This document shows positions 15,764 through 17,597 of a stretch of DNA of 17,597 nt, piece after piece; within the stretch, counting starts at the first letter, position 1; every line of letters starts with the position of its first letter. The notes beneath the pieces were generated by a model. It was given only the letters and a program-made list of their open reading frames with translations. It was not told the DNA's origin and ran no database searches. The stretch is from Methanobacteriota archaeon (GTDB taxonomy: Archaea; Thermoplasmatota; Poseidoniia; Poseidoniales; Poseidoniaceae): assembly GCA_018650165.1 (NCBI GenBank), contig JABIGM010000008.1, forward strand, positions 1 to 17,597, written 5' to 3'. Position numbers and translations under genes: made by a program.

Positions 15764-15786
15764 ACATATCATGGTCTGGCACCATC

Positions 15787-15957
15787 ATGGTCACTATTGA
15801 GGAGGATCTCGAGATGTTGGCCACATCCCTCGATATGGGCATTGACCCATTTCCTCCAGCCAAACCAAAGAAACCATGGGCAAAATATGCAATCGCTTCA
15901 TTCATGACAATCATGATGGTTAATTGGGTATCAAAATTCCTTATGCGATTCCTTTGA
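15787..15957 (+). CDS. Small hypothetical single-pass membrane protein (56 aa)
   Basis: MVTIEEDLEMLATSLDMGIDPFPPAKPKKPWAKYAIASFMTIMMVNWVSKFLMRFL: acidic N-terminus, Pro/Lys hinge, one hydrophobic helix. It fits between neighbours without overlap. Confidence 0.65.
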   Translation: MVTIEEDLEMLATSLDMGIDPFPPAKPKKPWAKYAIASFMTIMMVNWVSKFLMRFL

Positions 15958-15990
15958 GAAATGTCATCTCTTGGGATAAGAAACCTCAAG

Positions 15991-17280
15991 ATGAAGCGCC
16001 TTAGTAGGGATTCGATGTCTCGGCACTTGTACCAGTCAACTCTGTTGGCGCTAGTGCTATTGCTCTCTAGTTGTGTACCGGGGAACATCCAGGAGGATGC
16101 GGTTCAGAGCGAGTCTCCTCCAGATTGGCCAGAAGGTGAATCGGCTTACGATAATATGGTGAGTATGACTAATTTTGGCTATCGCAAAATAGACACTACT
16201 GCTAATGAGAATGCTCGTAATTGGATTGCTAGCGAACTTGAAGCGATGGGATATGAAGTTGAGAGACAACCTTTCACTACCCAACTATGTGCTAATTGTG
16301 AAAACATCGTGGTAACGATTGAAGGGCAACTAGAGGACGATTGGCGCGTTGTTGGAGCACACCACGATGCGATTTGTTATTCTCCTCCTCCACTGATTGG
16401 CCAGACTTATCCAACTTGTACCAGTAGTGGCGCATATGATGATGGAACAGGTTCTGGCTCCTTGCTTGAATTAGCTCGAACCTTTTCACAGTGGAATGGA
16501 ACTCCCCTGCACACCTGGAAATTAGCATGGTGGGATTACGAGGAATGGCAAGGTAGTGGTAGCCCTGAAGGTGGAGGAATGGGTAGTCTACATTTTGTTG
16601 AAGAACAGATTCCTAGCGATGTAAATGTGACTTATGTTAACCTGGATATGTTTGCACTAAACTGGCCAGTACCGACTCCTTTAGTAAGTCAGTTAGCCGG
16701 TTGTAATGAGGATTTTTGGACACTTTACATGTTTACTTCCCCAACTTCAGATTGGTCATATTATGAGGACAGAGGATTGGAAGTAACCGAAGAGATGCAA
16801 ACCAATGCAGAGTGGTTCCAGGCTCATCTCAAAGAGATTAATTCAAACTTATCACATCCAGAAGAATGGGTTCGAGTTATTGATGATACCAAAGGAAATT
16901 CAGATCATTTCAATTTCATCATGCATAACCACACAGCCACTTGGATAAGAGGCCAGCATCAATACATCTACGAGGAAGGCGATGCTTGTGAGCAAACGCC
17001 TAAGCATGCTCAAAGCGATTCGGTAACCACAATCAATACCCTAGCAGGTGGAAGAGCAAATGTTGAGGATGGCTTGCAAACGGGATTGGATATTGTAGCC
17101 ACACTTGCTTGGTGGGATTGGAATCCAATCATCGAGGAGGAAAATGGAGAAGAGGTTGAATCCCAAAGTGATTCAGTGTTCACAGTAGGGATGCTATCCA
17201 TTTCGCTTGCAATCTTTGTTGCTACGGTTGCAGTGTTCTATTTCGTGACTAATAGGACCAAAGAAAGTGAACTCGAATGA
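15991..17280 (+). CDS. M28 family metallopeptidase, secreted with a C-terminal membrane anchor
   Basis: GAHHD, GAYDDGTG, WDYEE, NLDM and NSDH metal-ligand motifs are intact. Hydrophobic N-terminal signal and C-terminal TM helix. Start uncertain (15961, 15991 or 16018). Confidence 0.92.
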   Translation: MKRLSRDSMSRHLYQSTLLALVLLLSSCVPGNIQEDAVQSESPPDWPEGESAYDNMVSMTNFGYRKIDTTANENARNWIASELEAMGYEVERQPFTTQLCANCENIVVTIEGQLEDDWRVVGAHHDAICYSPPPLIGQTYPTCTSSGAYDDGTGSGSLLELARTFSQWNGTPLHTWKLAWWDYEEWQGSGSPEGGGMGSLHFVEEQIPSDVNVTYVNLDMFALNWPVPTPLVSQLAGCNEDFWTLYMFTSPTSDWSYYEDRGLEVTEEMQTNAEWFQAHLKEINSNLSHPEEWVRVIDDTKGNSDHFNFIMHNHTATWIRGQHQYIYEEGDACEQTPKHAQSDSVTTINTLAGGRANVEDGLQTGLDIVATLAWWDWNPIIEEENGEEVESQSDSVFTVGMLSISLAIFVATVAVFYFVTNRTKESELE

Positions 17281-17405
17281 CATTCCCCACGGTGTGTCCT
17301 TGACCTATTTTAACTCAATTGAAGCAGAAACACTGGGTAGCGTCTGCAACCGATTTCAGAACCCTCTGAGAAGCCCTATGATTGGCCTGCTAAACCCTCT
17401 GCGAT

Positions 17406-17495
17406 TCACAGGGTTCCGTTGAATGCTTCTTGCAATATGGACTGCTTCAGTTCTTCTAACGAGTTCAACTCTTGAGTTATTTTGGAATCAGATTT
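17406..17495 (-). pseudogene. Remnant of a type I restriction-modification specificity subunit (HsdS) C-terminus
   Basis: The minus frame reads *KSDSKITQELNSLEELKQSILQEAFNGTL*, matching the HsdS terminal consensus L.ELK.SIL..AF.G.L*. It is bounded by an in-frame TGA upstream and has no start codon. Confidence 0.6.
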
Positions 17496-17597
17496 TCAGG
17501 GGAAACCAAGAAAAGATCAGAAGCATTAAATAAGTTGCAGGAGGTTATAGCAAAAGAATATGAATTAGAGTCACTTGGAGGCCAAGCTGCTGCTGCA

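Noticed and set aside
483-17201. Numerous 60-136 aa ORFs in the track lying antisense or out of frame within long genes (e.g. 483-851, 3259-3624, 6501-6866, 7263-7673, 9631-9999, 14980-15282)
   Set aside because: They are fully or mostly nested in motif-supported CDSs, have Ser/Ile/Phe-rich shadow composition and show no recognisable motifs. 7263-7673 also runs across the tRNA.
242-17280. Peptidase genes (M29-like, M32, M28) as a single proteolytic gene cluster
   Set aside because: Only the first two are adjacent. The M28 gene is 13 kb away in a separate unit, and peptidase richness is expected background for the inferred lineage.
17423-17533. 36-aa plus-strand ORF MLLAIWTASVLLTSSTLELFWNQIFRGNQEKIRSIK
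   Set aside because: It is short, has no SD or box at the expected distance, and its hydrophobicity is explained as the antisense of the HsdS-like peptide.
17578-17595. The reverse complement of the right end (CAGCAGCAG-CTTGGCCTC) resembles the left end (2-20, CAGCAGCAGGCTTGGGCTC), like a terminal inverted repeat
   Set aside because: Half the match is low-complexity CAG repeat, and it needs a gap and a mismatch. Both ends are explained by coding sequence (QQQAWA and GGQAAAA), and no transposase or linear-replicon genes are present.

Overview
Gene-dense window that reads as archaeal core genome. My inference is Marine Group II / Ca. Poseidoniales, from GGTGA-type Shine-Dalgarno sites, an archaeal Rqc2/NFACT gene, a choice-of-anchor-type surface protein, and several peptidases next to bacterial-type metabolic genes. 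Left to right: the 3' end of a polyQ/zinc-ribbon protein (missing from the ORF track), an M29-like aminopeptidase homologue, an M32 carboxypeptidase, a small membrane protein, an apparent operon (split COG2426-like membrane protein, mog, dihydroorotase), tRNA-Phe(GAA) with encoded CCA, a bacterial-type RNase PH, a thiolase, a tandem gamma-glutamylcyclotransferase, a surface protein, an apparent operon (NUDIX/LACTB2-like fusion, rqcH, SAM methyltransferase), a small membrane protein and an M28 peptidase. The last 300 bp hold a probable hsdS C-terminal scar. I see no CRISPR array, integrase, transposase or intact defence system. Most notable: (1) a recurring non-canonical TTGAA(G/A/T) box 28-31 nt upstream of several start codons; (2) an M29 homologue with three metal ligands replaced; (3) a NUDIX-MBL fusion overlapping rqcH by ATGA; (4) bacterial RNase PH directly upstream of a CCA-encoding tRNA; (5) a COG2426-like domain split by a roughly 280-aa insert. 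All family calls come from motif recognition by eye; no database searches were run.
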